DNA of 63,997 nt, filler included, from Reclinomonas americana ATCC 50394 (Eukaryota), in assembly GCA_048213135.1 (NCBI GenBank). It is 12 parts of 12 records of this genome, joined end to end, with 100 filler letters (N's around TTAATTAATTAA, not from the genome) between each part and the next. Parts side by side here need not be neighbours in the genome. Positions count along the whole stretch, not along the records: positions 48,268 to 62,310 come from AFZH01018113.1; positions 62,411 to 63,997 come from AFZH01018118.1; 10 more parts are not named here. One strand, written 5' to 3'. A program made the position numbers and the translations under genes. The notes under the pieces were generated by a model. The model was not told the DNA's origin. It worked only from the letters and a program-made list of their open reading frames with translations, and did not search any database. Within the stretch, counting starts at the first letter, position 1. Every line of letters starts with the position of its first letter. Shown one piece after another: positions 51,807 to 63,997 of this stretch.

Positions 51807-54161
51807 TCATGACGGATTTGTGGAGGCGGTGGGCGCGGGTGTGGGTGCGGGTCGACGGCTGAGATACTTGGCGTGTTGTGGCGCCATGACCGCACAGTCA
51901 ATGTTGAGCAGGGCACAGGCGCACGAGGTGGCGCGCTCCAGTACACCACGCTTGAGTGCACATGTCTCCCACACGCCTGCTGGTTTCTCGACAGCAATCA
52001 GTTCGCACATGCAAGGAAGGCGAGGTGAGGTCACTCGTTCAAACGAACCAGACTCGCGCATGTCGCCAACGGTGCCTGCCACCACATCAATGCCAGTCCA
52101 CCACTCCCCGCGCCGGTGCGCGACTCGGAGGCCTTGCAGGGTGCTGCATGAAGAGTGCAGCGTCAGTGGTCGGCGCAGAGAAAGGAATTGTAGTTGTCAT
52201 GTTGCTCACCTCGGCCAATCCATGCCGGCCGACTCGGCAAGCAGACGCACGTGGTCTTCGAGAGCCGCAACAAACACATTCACCGCCCCATCTGCGACCT
52301 CGGAACGCTGCAGGAGTGGCGAGTGAGAACAGACACGGACTGACTGTCTCTTTGTCAACGCGAACCAGTGCATCGTCGCGACACAATCGCGTCACCAGTG
52401 CCATTTCTGCACTGCCACCACCAGTGATGCACTGCAGACACGGAGCCTGTCAACATTGAACGGGATCACAGTTCGTGCGATGGCAGGTGCAAGAGTACCT
52501 GAAAACCACCGGTGCGGCGCTCAAACATGACCAGCGACAGCGCATCATGCATGGCACGACGGACCTCGGCAGCAGCGCTGTCGGTGGGAGCGCAGAGCAC
52601 CAGTGTCGAAAACACTGGTGCGCGGCCGTCGCTGACCTGCTCCACCTCCACGCGCCACTGCGACTCCTCAACACGCATCACTCGGATACACACCGGCGTC
52701 AGCTTGGACTCGAGACGATCGCCGGCGTCGGTGAGTGCACTCTGTGTTTTGAAAATGAAAGACAGTTGCCATCCGCGACAAGTGCCGTGCGCGCCAGACC
52801 TCGGTGAGTATCACACCCGCGGTGCACAGGAGTGCCAGCCGATCCAGCTCGGCATGGGACACACCGCCAAACACGTGAATGCCGTGCGCCTCGAACACTG
52901 CCTGCGTCTCAGCGGTGACCACCTGCGCCACACATGACGACCGATCAGCAACTCCTCCCCGCACCCACAGGCTAAGCAAGTGCCGCAACAGAGCCCACAA
53001 AAGCCGCAGCGACACCGAGTTCCGCCAGCCGTGCACACACGCTACGCAGTGCTTCTGTTCTCGCGCCACTGCCAAGGAAGGAACGACGGTGGGCATCAGC
53101 ATCTTATGATCATACATGCATGCGGATCCCCAACCTGTCGGGCGCACTGGCACTCTCCCATATGTGCCGCTCTGATCGCGCCGACGGCGCCGCGATGGAG
53201 GCACTCAGGCTTCGAATGACAACAACGTGACTCGGTTCGGTGGCCACGCTGCTGGCACGTGTCAGCGCGATGATCGTGGTATCTTGCTTTTTGACCGAGA
53301 TAAACGCAACGCCACCACGGCTGCGCCTGCCTTCACGCGGTCGATGCAAACGCCGTGAAACACACGCGACTCGTCCACCTGCCCGCCCACACGCTGCGCA
53401 AGAAACACACAATCACTGTCGTCCACATCGTCCAGCTCGAGAAGCGGGCACACCGCCTCGCACAGCAATGCCGCCAGATGCACACGCCACGGCGCAGCGA
53501 CCTTGGTGGCCAGACACGACATGGCCAGTCGCTCGACCGCCGATCGTGCACCAGCCTTTGAAGAAGACGAGGAAGCAGTGGCTGGAGTCAGTGTCTCGCA
53601 GGCACACAGTCGACGACACAGTTCCCACAGCGATGCAATCACTCGTGCCGGGCGCCACGAGTCGCGGCGGATGAGCTCCTTCCCGCCCATGCACAGTGCA
53701 ATGGCCAACAACGCCACCGAGGTTGTTCCGTCACCCACTGCATGCATGCATCGTCAGCCAGATTGCAATGAGTGTGCCTCCCCAGCGATCGATGCACACC
53801 TTCGCGTTCCTGTGCGAGCGCTGCCTCGCGTACGAGTTGCGATGCCGGGTGGCGCAGATCGATAGAACGCAACACTGTCGCACCGTCGCTGGTGAACACC
53901 ACTGATCCGAGTGGATCTGAGAGTGACAGAACGAGGATTAGCTGCAGCCTCCTTCTATGTGTGTATGTGTGTGCATGCAAGAGACAACGTGCCGGTAAGT
54001 GCTTTGAGCATGGCGTGCGGGCCGAGGAGCGTCCACAGCACTTGTCGCACGCGTCGCAACTCTCGCTCCATCCACTCATCGAGATCGGCCACTGCAGCAC
54101 CCTCGCTGGTGGTGCCGACCGCGGGGAGGAGTAGGCGCGTGTCGGGGTGCACGAGCTCCAT
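51807..54161 (-). CDS. Chaperonin-like BBS protein (BBS10/MKKS/BBS12 group)
   Basis: LLGPHAMLK, TSDGATVL..HP, VGDGTTS, GGQVDESRVFHG, TLVLCAPT, GGGSAEM, LLNID. Too divergent to be a CCT subunit; subfamily not resolved. Confidence 0.7.
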
Positions 54162-54220
54162 TGTCGACGCAGCGCGGATTAACTTTGTTTTTCGTTGAAT
54201 TCATTGACGGTTCGTTTTCT

Positions 54221-56188
54221 TCACGACGATGGTTGGGCGGCGGTGCTGCGCGGGAGACGAATGTCGGTGGGCGAGCGGACAGCAACACCTCGCTGCTGGC
54301 AGGCGGCAGTCAGGCGGCGTTTGATTACGGTTAGATCACGCTCGCCGACCGCCGCTGCGTCTTCGACATCGCTGCCACTCACGGCCACCACCAGCAGAGG
54401 ACCGCTCGAGCGCGTGAGAGAGACCTGCAGGTCGGCAGCCGATGGCGGCTCGTCCTCCACTCCTCCTATCGATCGCACACATACACACGCGCAGCGTCAG
54501 TGCCATCAGCATGGGGGAATGGTTGCGGCCAAGCAAGACAACGCAACCCTCGGACAAGATGACCACGGCGGCGCCACAGTCGCGCTCGTGCAAATGGTGA
54601 GGCGGAACAATGTCGACGTCGGCGGGCACATTCGGAGAGGTGACGAGCTCTTGCGCCACGCAGTCCTCGTGTACCATCACCGCCACCTCCGTGGCCGCAT
54701 GCACCTCGAGCAGACGCTCAATGCACTGTTCCACCGTCACGACGACTGCCTCACGGATTGTCAGCAAATCGACGCACATCTCCAGCCAAGGACGTACACA
54801 CAAGGCACTCAACGATCGGAGCGATTCGTGTCAATCAGCCACACACTGCTGGTGCCCTCTGGCCGGTCGGCATCGTCCTCGGCATCAGCAGCGGGCGGCG
54901 GAGCGGGAATCTCCTCAAACACCTCGTGAAGCACGTGAGCTGTGCTCGTCGTCAGCATCGATGAAGAAGAAGAAGTCAGCTAGGGGGGACTGCGACACGC
55001 AGACAACCGCACCGACTGTAGGATCCAGCCGATACTGCTGCTGCAGGTGACATTGCGAGGCGACACCAGACAAGCACCAGTCCAGCACACTCTCCGACAG
55101 AGCCGACACCAGATCGATCTGCGACTGCGGTATGCCACTCGACGGTACCAGTCGCGGTCGGGGACCTTGCACAGAACCAGCGCACACAAATTGCACCACT
55201 GTTTGTTCGCAGAGGAAGGAGATTAGTGAGCTCGAGTGAATGGTGTGAAAGAACACCACACCGAACGTACCATCGTGTCCGGCAGAAAGCTGCCAGCAAT
55301 TATTGCGCAAGTTGAGCATGGCGTGCGAGAATGACTACATCGACACAGAGAGTTCTACGCACCGGTACCATGCCCAGCGGCACGCTGCATTGCGAGGCGC
55401 CGTCGAGAATCACACGGTACACGGTGCCGGACTGAGGCAGTTGACGCGCCATGTGTCCGAGGTCGGCCAGAGTGACAAAGAAGATGCGAGCGGTGGACAG
55501 CGCACGGTCCAGCTGATCGTCATGACGACGCTGCGCGAGGATAACAGATAATGTCAGCTACTCCTATCAACAGAAAGACCACCGATCTCGCGTCACACCT
55601 GTCGCAGCGCTCCGGTCGACAACACACGACCTCCGCGGTAGAGAGACTCTGCACCAATGAATAAAAAAAGTAACACTGAGTCACCGTGCGACTGCGAGTG
55701 CTCTACGAATGGGGACTGATCACGTACCAAAGTACGACATGTGGGCGTCGGAGAGTGTGTCGTGCACGAGGCGCACCACATGCAGCTTGGAGGCAGCATC
55801 GGGAGCCTCTTTGAAGAACATGCTCGCCAAGTTGTCCACAGTGGCATTGGTCGGGCCAGTGACAATGACGCGGTCGTGATGGAACGCCCAGGTGAACAGC
55901 GACAGGATTGCCGTCAGGACCGACGACTTGCCTGGCGATACACACGCACACGCCTGTGAGTGAGCAACACTTGCGCTTGCACTTCTTCTCTGGCACACGC
56001 ACCTGTGCCTGGCGGTCCAGTGATGGCGACCAGGTTGTGCATCAGGGCCGCCTCCAACGCACCCAGCTGCGACTCATCAAACACGGCTTGATCGATCGAA
56101 CTCGCAGACGCCGGCTCCACCACGGCCGACGACTCGCCAAGTGCTACAGCGTCCAGAGAACCAGTGAGTGCGGGGTCACCCACAGCAC

Positions 56189-56246
<58 letters not shown>

Positions 56247-59204
56247 GACGCAACGAGTAGTTCGGAAGCGCGTTAACAGGCGCCACGGAACATCGGCCGA
56301 GTCAATGGCGAGCGACAGCAGCTCACGCAACGGCGTATCGGCTGCTAGTCCACTGGATCCGCTGACGTGGAGTCGGAGGCGCCTTTCGGCCGCCTCACGC
56401 GCCAACGTGCTCAATGATTTGGTCTTTGTTGGAGAAGCGAGGGGCACGTTAACACAAGGCAATGAACACCCCTTGAGGGGGAAAGACGCTGACACTAGCT
56501 CACCTGGCCACTGATAATGTTGCGAGTGTTGGTTGGCAGGTCGAGGTGCAGAATGTTGCGAATGGCGAACAGCATGGCCACCGTCTCGTGACGGTCCGTG
56601 TTGATCAAGCGACGCTCGTGAACCGGGTAGCGGCCACAGCGAGCGGCCACATTTGCCGCCTGCGTGTTTCCACACAGACAGTCAGTCAGCAACAATGACA
56701 TCAACGCGGTGGAATGGACTCGACGCACCTCTGGGGGCATTCCGTTTCCAATGTCAATGTGCAACTCGAGTGTGCGCAGACTGGCCACGTATCGACACAA
56801 ATGCTGTGCAGTGGCGGGTGAGCGACATGGGATGAGAAACAAGGGTGATTGTTGGCGCTGCTGCCTGTCACCTTGAAGCACACGTTGCGCGCCACGGTGG
56901 TCAGTCGCGCCTCACTGTCGCGGAACACAACATCACGCGGCAGTCCACGGCGAACAAACTCCTCGTGCACCCACGTGAGCGGCTGCACGTCCTCCGAGGC
57001 GTACACAATGAGATCGCGCGACAGTGGTCGGTGTTGCCAGAGATTGCTGCGGTGCACAAGATGGTTGAGGGAGAGCGAGAGATGACCGACGACTGCGCTG
57101 CACACACCGGTCCTGATTCATCATGCTGCGCACTTGGCTTTTGAGGTCGGTCGCCGACTTGAACCCGAGCTGAATCAACAGACTCGTGAAGCCAATCTCC
57201 CGAGAGGGCTTGTGCTGCGAGTCGCCACATCTCTCAGCACTTCAAGCAACATCGCACTGCGCGTGTGAATGGATGGTCACGACGCACCTGTCGCTGCATC
57301 AAGTGCTGCCACGCCACCTGCGTGTCGAACACGGATCGCAGAACAATTCTGTACTGCTCCAGCAGTGCACCTGCGTCAGCACGGCAGTCGTGAATGACCT
57401 GTGGGGGGTCACATGTGCGCGCAGTCAGCTTGTATGCACTCACAACACGAGCTCATGAACACTGACCTTGGTGTAGGCCGGACTCTCCAACAGCCACCGC
57501 AGAGTGCTGGTGGGCTCGGACAGCATGCGCGGCTCAGTGGAAATGTCAAACAGGTACACGTTGCCACGCGGATCCGACAGTTGCAGCAGACAGAGTGCGC
57601 CGCTGGTCGTGGAAATAGTATACCAGCAAGAAATCAACACCGATGCATGATTGTGCACACCAGATGCATGTGACGACTCACGTGTACGACAGATTGACTC
57701 CCTCACAGTCCCACCCGAGCACGTCGTACTGCTGCAGATGCGAAGCCACAATCTCACATCGCGCGTATGAGTCCACCAGGAACAGCTTCCCGTAGATCCC
57801 TGACATTGGTTGCGACAGGTTGTCCACCAGCATCTTCTCCCACTCCTGCCGATCGTCCTCCGGCTGTACACAAATAAAATGAGTGTCGATAGCACTGCCA
57901 CCAACACTGGCATCAAAGCACAACGCACTCTCGGTGGCGACGACAGAGACGATACGACTGAAGCGGCTGTCATCATGCCGGAATTCAACGGCGCCGGCAC
58001 ACTGTGAGGTCGCGACTGTGCCGACACGCCACCACCACCACCACCGCTGCCGCCATTGACGCCGCGCGGCGAATGCGACAGTGGAGAGGGACCGCCGCCA
58101 GAGCCACCACCAGCGCCAGCACCACCGCTGCCCGGCGGCGAGCCCATGGGATTGAACGAGTACATTGGTGGCGACGGTTGCGGCGGCGGCCTGCCCATCA
58201 TCATGCCCGGCGGTCCAGCTCCTGCGGGATAGTACGGCGCTGGCAGATGCATGGGCTGGCGCGAGGGCGACGGCATACCACCGGGCATGCCGTACGGCAT
58301 GTGACCGAAGGAGCCGGGGGGTGAGAACGCCATGGGCACGTACAGCGGCTGCCCCGGATTGTAGCCGGGAAACCAGAGTGGCGAGCCGACCGACGGTCGC
58401 ATGGAGGAGGCCCCCGGCGACGACGGCATATGCATCGGCATGGATGGCGAATACACAAAGTCAGTCGGCGTACGCGTGGCCGGTGAACCCACAGCCGGAC
58501 CCCGCGATGACGGCGACTGCTGCTGAGTCGGCATCGGAAGCTGCGACGGTGCACGCGAATACACTTGTCGCGGCTGCTGCTGCTGCTGCTGCTGTGGCTG
58601 CGACGGAGGCGCACGCTGCTCCTGCGGCTGCTTCACCACCTGCAGCGACACAGCAGCTGGTGGAGGCGACGCTGGCGGCAGCGGCGACGGAGAAGCCGCA
58701 GGAGGAGGAGGAGACGCCGGCGGTCCGGGCGACGTTGGCGGCCGCGGACTCACCGACACCATCCACGCCGGCGTCCGTCCCTGCGACCACACCGACTGCA
58801 CCTTACTGCACGTGCACACACATCATAAGCCATCACCACCACCACACGGAGCTCATCGCGCACACACAGTGAGTCGCACGCACCCACGCGCTGGCACCGG
58901 CTGCACCGGCTCATCCTCTCCATTCTCACCATCCTCATCAGCATCATCGTCCCCGCCACTGCCCGCGGTTGCAGCAGCTGCTGCTGCAGCAGTTGCTGCT
59001 ACGCTCGCCGCATGTGCACTGGCATGCGCAGCAGCACGCAGGTTGCGGCGACGCGATCGTCGGCGACCTGCGCAAAAAGAGGGAAGCCATCGTCAGTCAC
59101 ATTCTCGCATCTCTCTCTCTCTCTCTCTGTCTCACTTGCTGTTGTCTGTGACACTACGTGTGTGCTTGTGGGTGAGAGAGAGAGAGAGCCCTGACGCAAC
59201 CCAT
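54221..59204 (-). CDS. Pro-rich N-terminus + EXD1/Egalitarian-like DEDDy 3'-5' exonuclease + degenerate UPF1-like SF1 helicase
   Basis: Exonuclease: GWDCEGVNL, LCLLQL, YLFDI, KVIHDCRAD, FDTQ, WQHRPL..YASEDV. Helicase: FDESQ, GPPGTGKS, PTNATVDN, ILDGASQ, QYRL, VSLTRS. Confidence 0.75.
56192..56244. repeat. (CA)n microsatellite inside an intron. Similar tracts near 900, 38655, 43550, 45325 and 47845.
   Basis: Direct dinucleotide runs. Confidence 0.95.
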
Positions 59205-59434
59205 ATGTGCTGTCTGCGAGTCTGCAGGTGCGCGCGCGCGTCAGCAAAACGCACACGCACACACAGACACAGACAGGCTTTCTCCTCTCGTCACGCTCTG
59301 CTCACGCGCGCTGTGCACACACACAGAGACAGACAGAGACGGAGAGAGAGAGAGAGACAGGCGCACAAACGCAGACAAAAGTCGATGAGAGAATTTCACC
59401 TGCTGTCGGATTGATTGGTGTGGTGTGTGTTGAG

Positions 59435-62310
59435 ATGGCGAGTGCGAGCGGAAATCGCACTCTGGTGCCCTCCTTTGACTTGCACCTCAATCATAACATT
59501 CTTGAGGGACTCGCCGTCGTTGGCAAATGTTACGCACACAAGCAAACACTAAACAAACTGACTGATTGTCACGACAAAACGCACACACACTCTGTCTCTC
59601 TGTCTTGCACTGTCACTCGCAGCGTGCGTGTGTGTTGTGTGCTCTCTCTCTCACACACACACACCTCTTTTCTCTGTGTGTTGTGTTGGATCTCTCTCTG
59701 ATCACTCACATGTCAAGTTTGTTTTTTCGCGCGCAGATGATGGAACTCACCCGATCCTCACTTGCGCCACCTCCGGCTGCAAGGTGTTCATGCACAACCC
59801 GCATGCGCAACCCGACAAGACCACTTTCCTCACCAATGCCAGTTGAGTCTGTGCGAGAGAGAGACAACTTGAAAGACACACTCTCTCAATCACTCTTCCT
59901 CCTTCTCCTCCTTCTTCTCCTCCTCCATCTTCTTGTCTTGTTCTTCTTCTTCTTCTTCTTCTTCTTCTCCTCCTCCTCCTCCTCTTCCTCCTCCCTTCTC
60001 CCTTCTCCCTTGCCCTCGTCTCACTCTTGCGCCACAGTTCAATACCTCAACATCAACAGACCTGTGACGGCAATGGCTGTCGGCGCACCCAACGTGAACT
60101 CGTCACACGATGCACTCTTTGTGGGCATGGGCACCAACTTGATGGCGTTGCGTGGTCTTCCCCCCCCACACACTCTCCATTGTCGTCGCCAAGTGGTGCT
60201 CAAACGTCTTGCCCGCAGGTACGACGTGGAGCGCAATCAGGATTTGTTCTATCGCGATGTGCAGGATGGCGTCGGCGGCCTGGTGTTTGGACGCATTGGC
60301 AATCGGCCGATTCCGCTCATCATTGCCGGCGGCAACTGCTCGGTGCAGGGGTTCGACTACTCCGGCAACGAGTCGTACTGGACGGTGACGGGCGACAATG
60401 CCTCGGCGCTGACGCTGATTGACGTGAATCGCGATGGCGAGAACGAGCTGGTCGTCGGCACCGACGACTTTGTCATTCGTATCTTCCAGAACGACGATGT
60501 GGTGGCGGAGACGGTACGCGAATGACCCCCGACATTAGCGTTGTGCACACACGTCGTCGCCTGAAGAAAAGAATGCTGTACAGGTGGAAACCGATCGCGT
60601 GGTGGATCTGTGCTCCATCCAGGGACCACGATACGGCTACGCGCTGGCCAACGGCACCGTGGGTATCTACGAGGCCGATCACCGCGTGTGGCGTGTGAAA
60701 TCCAAGAGCAGTGTGCTGTCGGTGGTCGGCTTTGACCTCGACGGCGATGGCGTGCCGGAGATCATCTCCGGCTGGAAGAGCGGCAAGTTCGAAGTGCGCA
60801 ACCAGGGCACTGGCGAAGTGGTCTACAAGGATCACTTTTCACGAGCCGTCGTCAAAGTGCTCACTGCCGACTACCGAATGGACGGCAACTTTGCCGTCAT
60901 TTGCTGCACCTCCGAGGGAGAGAGTTGCGTGGCGACAGTTGCCGCAGTGATATCGAAGTGCGGCCGCTCAACTCTGCTATTATTGTGTTTCAGTCAAGGG
61001 TTTCCTGCCGGCCACCGAGGAGCAGGCTGCCGAGCTCATGGACAATGCACAAGAAGAGGAGCAGCTCAAGGCTCTCAACCAGCACAAGCAGGTGCGCTTA
61101 TTATGCAGAGGGACTGGAGACGACTCACCTGCTCACCTTCCTCTCTCTCTCTCTGTGTGTGCGTGTGCAGGAACTCATGTACGAGTTGCGTTCGTACGAG
61201 GAGAATCTGCGGAAACTCAAGGCCGGCGAGAGGAGTGCTGGCCTGGTCCCGCATGACACTCACGTCGGCTGTGCTCTCGTCGTTGCGTGTGTGCTGGTGG
61301 TTACTGTTACTTCCTTTCCCTATCTCACCATCCGTGTGCACACAGGGCGATCCATCGAGACGCATTGTCGAGGCAGTGATTGAGAGCACTCCAGGCACGG
61401 TGATCAAGGCAGCCGTGTTGTTTGCGGAGGGATTGTTTACGGGCGAGAGCTTCTTCTCTTGCCCGCGGGAGCCGACGAACCAGCTGCGCATTCCCATCAA
61501 GCCGGAGCGTGATGTGGGATGCACCATGTTTATTCAGGCCATGGTCGGCACACGCATGGGAACGCAGTTCCACGTGTTTGAGTTGGCCTTGCTGGTTCCC
61601 AAATTCTGTGTGTACGTGTTGGAGCCGCGCGAGGCCGTCAAGAGGCCACGCTCGTCGGTTGCATTCAGGCTCACACAGCGGAATCAACGAGTTTCGTGTG
61701 TTGTCGCCCGCCGTCTACTCCCTTTGAACGAGTGACACGCTCAACCAATTGTTGCAGATTGGCTTGTGGTTGGAGCGCAGCTTTGGTGTGCCTGCTGCTT
61801 CACTCCCGGACTCAGACGCAATCGACATTTCGCTGCGATCGATGCGCGACGGCACCGTCGTCGTCATGCAGTTCACCACCGACCGCTTGACCATATACGT
61901 GGATCGCATGGATGTGGCCGCCGATATTGTGCAAGACATGTGTGAGGCGTTTGAGATTGATGAGCTGGAGAGCGAAGTCGACTTTCCCGAGGAAATGGAG
62001 CGCTTCCGCACTCTGCTGCAGGAGGTCTGTGTCTGATACATATTTGTGCCAGGTACGGCATTCTTTCTGCTTGCTGACTCGTGTTCGATGGCAGGTGGAC
62101 GAGTTCAACGCGGCACGCCTGAAGATGAATGCCGAAATGGCCGACAGCTCACAACTCATCAAGACGCTCGTCATCAAGGCCGAAGACGCACGCATTCTCG
62201 GCGACATGAAGCTGATGAAGCAGATGTACGGCGACTTGCACGACCTCAACCGCGAACTCATGGGCGAGTACCAGAAGCGAGCCAACAATCATGCCGAGCT
62301 GCTGCGCCAG
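59435..62310 (+). CDS. BBS2: Bardet-Biedl syndrome 2 protein (BBSome core), truncated by gap
   Basis: GKYDGTHP, YDVERNQDLFY, GGNCSVQGFD, WTVTGDN, YALANGTVGIY, FDLDGDGVPE, DYRMDG, KAEDARILGD. Confidence 0.95.
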
Positions 62311-62410
62311 NNNNNNNNNNNNNNNNNNNNNNNNNNNNNNNNNNNNNNNNNNNNTTAATTAATTAANNNNNNNNNNNNNNNNNNNNNNNNNNNNNNNNNN
62401 NNNNNNNNNN

Positions 62411-63830
62411 AGGGGAGGAGGAGACAAGGAAAAGAGAGAAGCAGGGAAAAGGTAGACGGAAGAGGAGAACTGCTGTACCGTACATCCGCCTTGGCCGTAC
62501 AGCAGAGAGAGAGAGAGAGAGAGATGGAACGCACCAGCGTCTGGTCAGCGTAATACGGCGCGACAGGACCGGTGGTCAGCTGTCGATCGAGTCCGCCCAT
62601 GAAGCCAGTGTGCTCGGCCAGATTGATCTGCGTGGCATGCAAAGAGAAACAAAGGCATCAGATCATGTCTCACAACATCAGAGGCTGCGCATGCGTGTCA
62701 CCTTCCAGCCGAGCGAGAACAAAAACTCCTGGTAGTCCGCCGAACCGCCCTCGTTCATCAAAATCTCGGACTGGTTCTCCTGCCCGCGGCCCACATACAC
62801 CACACCAATCTTCCACGTCTCACGCCTGCGGCCTGTTAAGAGGAATGCACGAGCAAGTGACATGAGAAAAAAGGAAAACGCAACTCAGCCAGTCGATCCA
62901 GACTCTTCAATGTGCGCTCCAAACGGTCGCCGGCCTCCAGCGTCCGCGTGTGCGAAAACTCGGTGGCGGCCGTGAGACCAACATGCGAGCTGAGCAACCG
63001 TCCAATCTGCCACTTGCACGTCGCCGTGTCCTTTTCGGGTGGTACAGGTGGCGTCGCCGGACTGCACCGAGCAACACACAAGGTGAGAGCGAGGGGCACA
63101 GTCGGCACTGAAAGTCACGGGTGACGCACGCTTGTGTTGTGCTCGGCATGCGAATGCCATCGCGCTCGCCCGACTGCTGCGCACGGATCACGTCGAGGAA
63201 CTTGTCGGGCGCCCAGGCGATGCGCGAACTCATGCACGGTTTTCTGCCACCACCACAATCAACAGTGAGTGGAGAAAATGGTGCAGCACAACAGTGAGCA
63301 AGAGAAAGACTCACCCCGACAGCTCAGCCTCCAGGAGATCCGGTGCTGAGTTGGCCGAGTGTGCCGTCAAGAACGCTGCGTCTCTTCTCGCGCACTCTTC
63401 GATAAAGCTCTCCGGGCACGGAACCCACGTGCGAGAGGTCGCTGTGGGGCATGTCAGGCCTCCGACGCAAGATCAACCGAGGCACGACGACGACGCAACG
63501 AGCAGGATGGTGGAAACGCAGATTCCACGCGAAACGACCGGTGCCGTCGCGGAACACCAAGGTCAGCTCGCCCTTGTCTGGTCGATCAATGATCGACACC
63601 ACTGTTTGGTGCCGGTACGTGAATCGGCGCAGGCGCGTCTCATCTGCAGTCATGATTGAGTAAGTGCTGTCGTTGATGACGACCTTCCGCAGCATCACAC
63701 TCACCGACACCAATGTCGGCCACCAGCGTCGAGAGATTCACGGGCCCCTCTTCGGAGGGGAAGTGGCCGAGTTTGTTCATCACGTTGTACAGCAGGGAGC
63801 GGCCGGCGTCCTGCGCAAATCACAGCGGTG
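62411..63830 (-). CDS. RALGAPA: Ral GTPase-activating protein alpha-like (Rap-GAP domain), internal fragment
   Basis: RDGTGRFAW, LKSLD..RETWKIGVVYV..GQE, GGSADYQEFL.SLGW, HTGFMGGL, PYYA. Confidence 0.8.
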
Positions 63831-63997
63831 AGAAGAGCAAGGGGGAAAGGGGGAAGAGGGCGAGAGAGAAAGGGGAGAAGGGGGAAAGGGGAAGGGACGG
63901 GGAAGGGAGAAGAGCAAGGGGGAAGGGGTGAGGGGAAAGGTGGATAGAGTAGGGGGAAGAGCAAGGGGGAAGAGCAAAGGGGGAAGAGCAAAGGGGG
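63830..63997. repeat. Purine-rich low-complexity repeat (GGGGAAGAGCAA-like), intronic pyrimidine tract on the minus strand
   Basis: Imperfect tandem units visible directly. Confidence 0.8.

Noticed and set aside
48441..62310. Reading the GTTGCG sites as non-canonical TT-start introns (G|TTGCG)
   Set aside because: This would change conserved residues (GKYDG to GKCDG, RGLKE to RGWKE). GT-AG fits the proteins.

Overview
This is GC-rich eukaryotic nuclear DNA from an intron-dense, gene-dense protist. BBS2 and a BBS-type chaperonin suggest flagella; Hsp78 and BCKDHA suggest mitochondria. The window is 12 contigs joined by 11 artificial 100-nt N spacers carrying TTAATTAATTAA. Most genes are split by short introns (about 50-100 nt, some longer with (CA)n or (CT)n tracts), so the ORF track shows only fragments; I assembled the gene models by hand. 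Recognisable genes: Rab7 (5' part), an SLC37/GlpT-type MFS transporter, two paralogous multi-La-motif + CCR4/Angel-type EEP proteins, a PARP-like ADP-ribosyltransferase, an ARM-repeat protein, a SAM + SagB-type nitroreductase + 2OG-Fe(II) oxygenase fusion, two tandem DUF1963-like genes, two glycosyltransferases, the BCKDHA 3' end, PRMT1, PP1 (5' part), a serine carboxypeptidase, a TPR protein, an Atg22-like transporter, GRIPAP1-like, CNEP1R1/Spo7-like, Hsp78/ClpB, a BBS chaperonin-like gene, an EXD1-like exonuclease fused to a degenerate UPF1-like helicase, BBS2 and RalGAP-alpha-like. The most striking signal is in the splicing code. About half of the introns in the three best-aligned genes use a +1-shifted 5' splice site (GTTGCG, GTTGAG, GTTACG, GTTTCG instead of GTGCG, GTGAG, GTACG), nearly always when the exon ends in a non-G base. 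There is also one apparent U2-like AT-AC intron.
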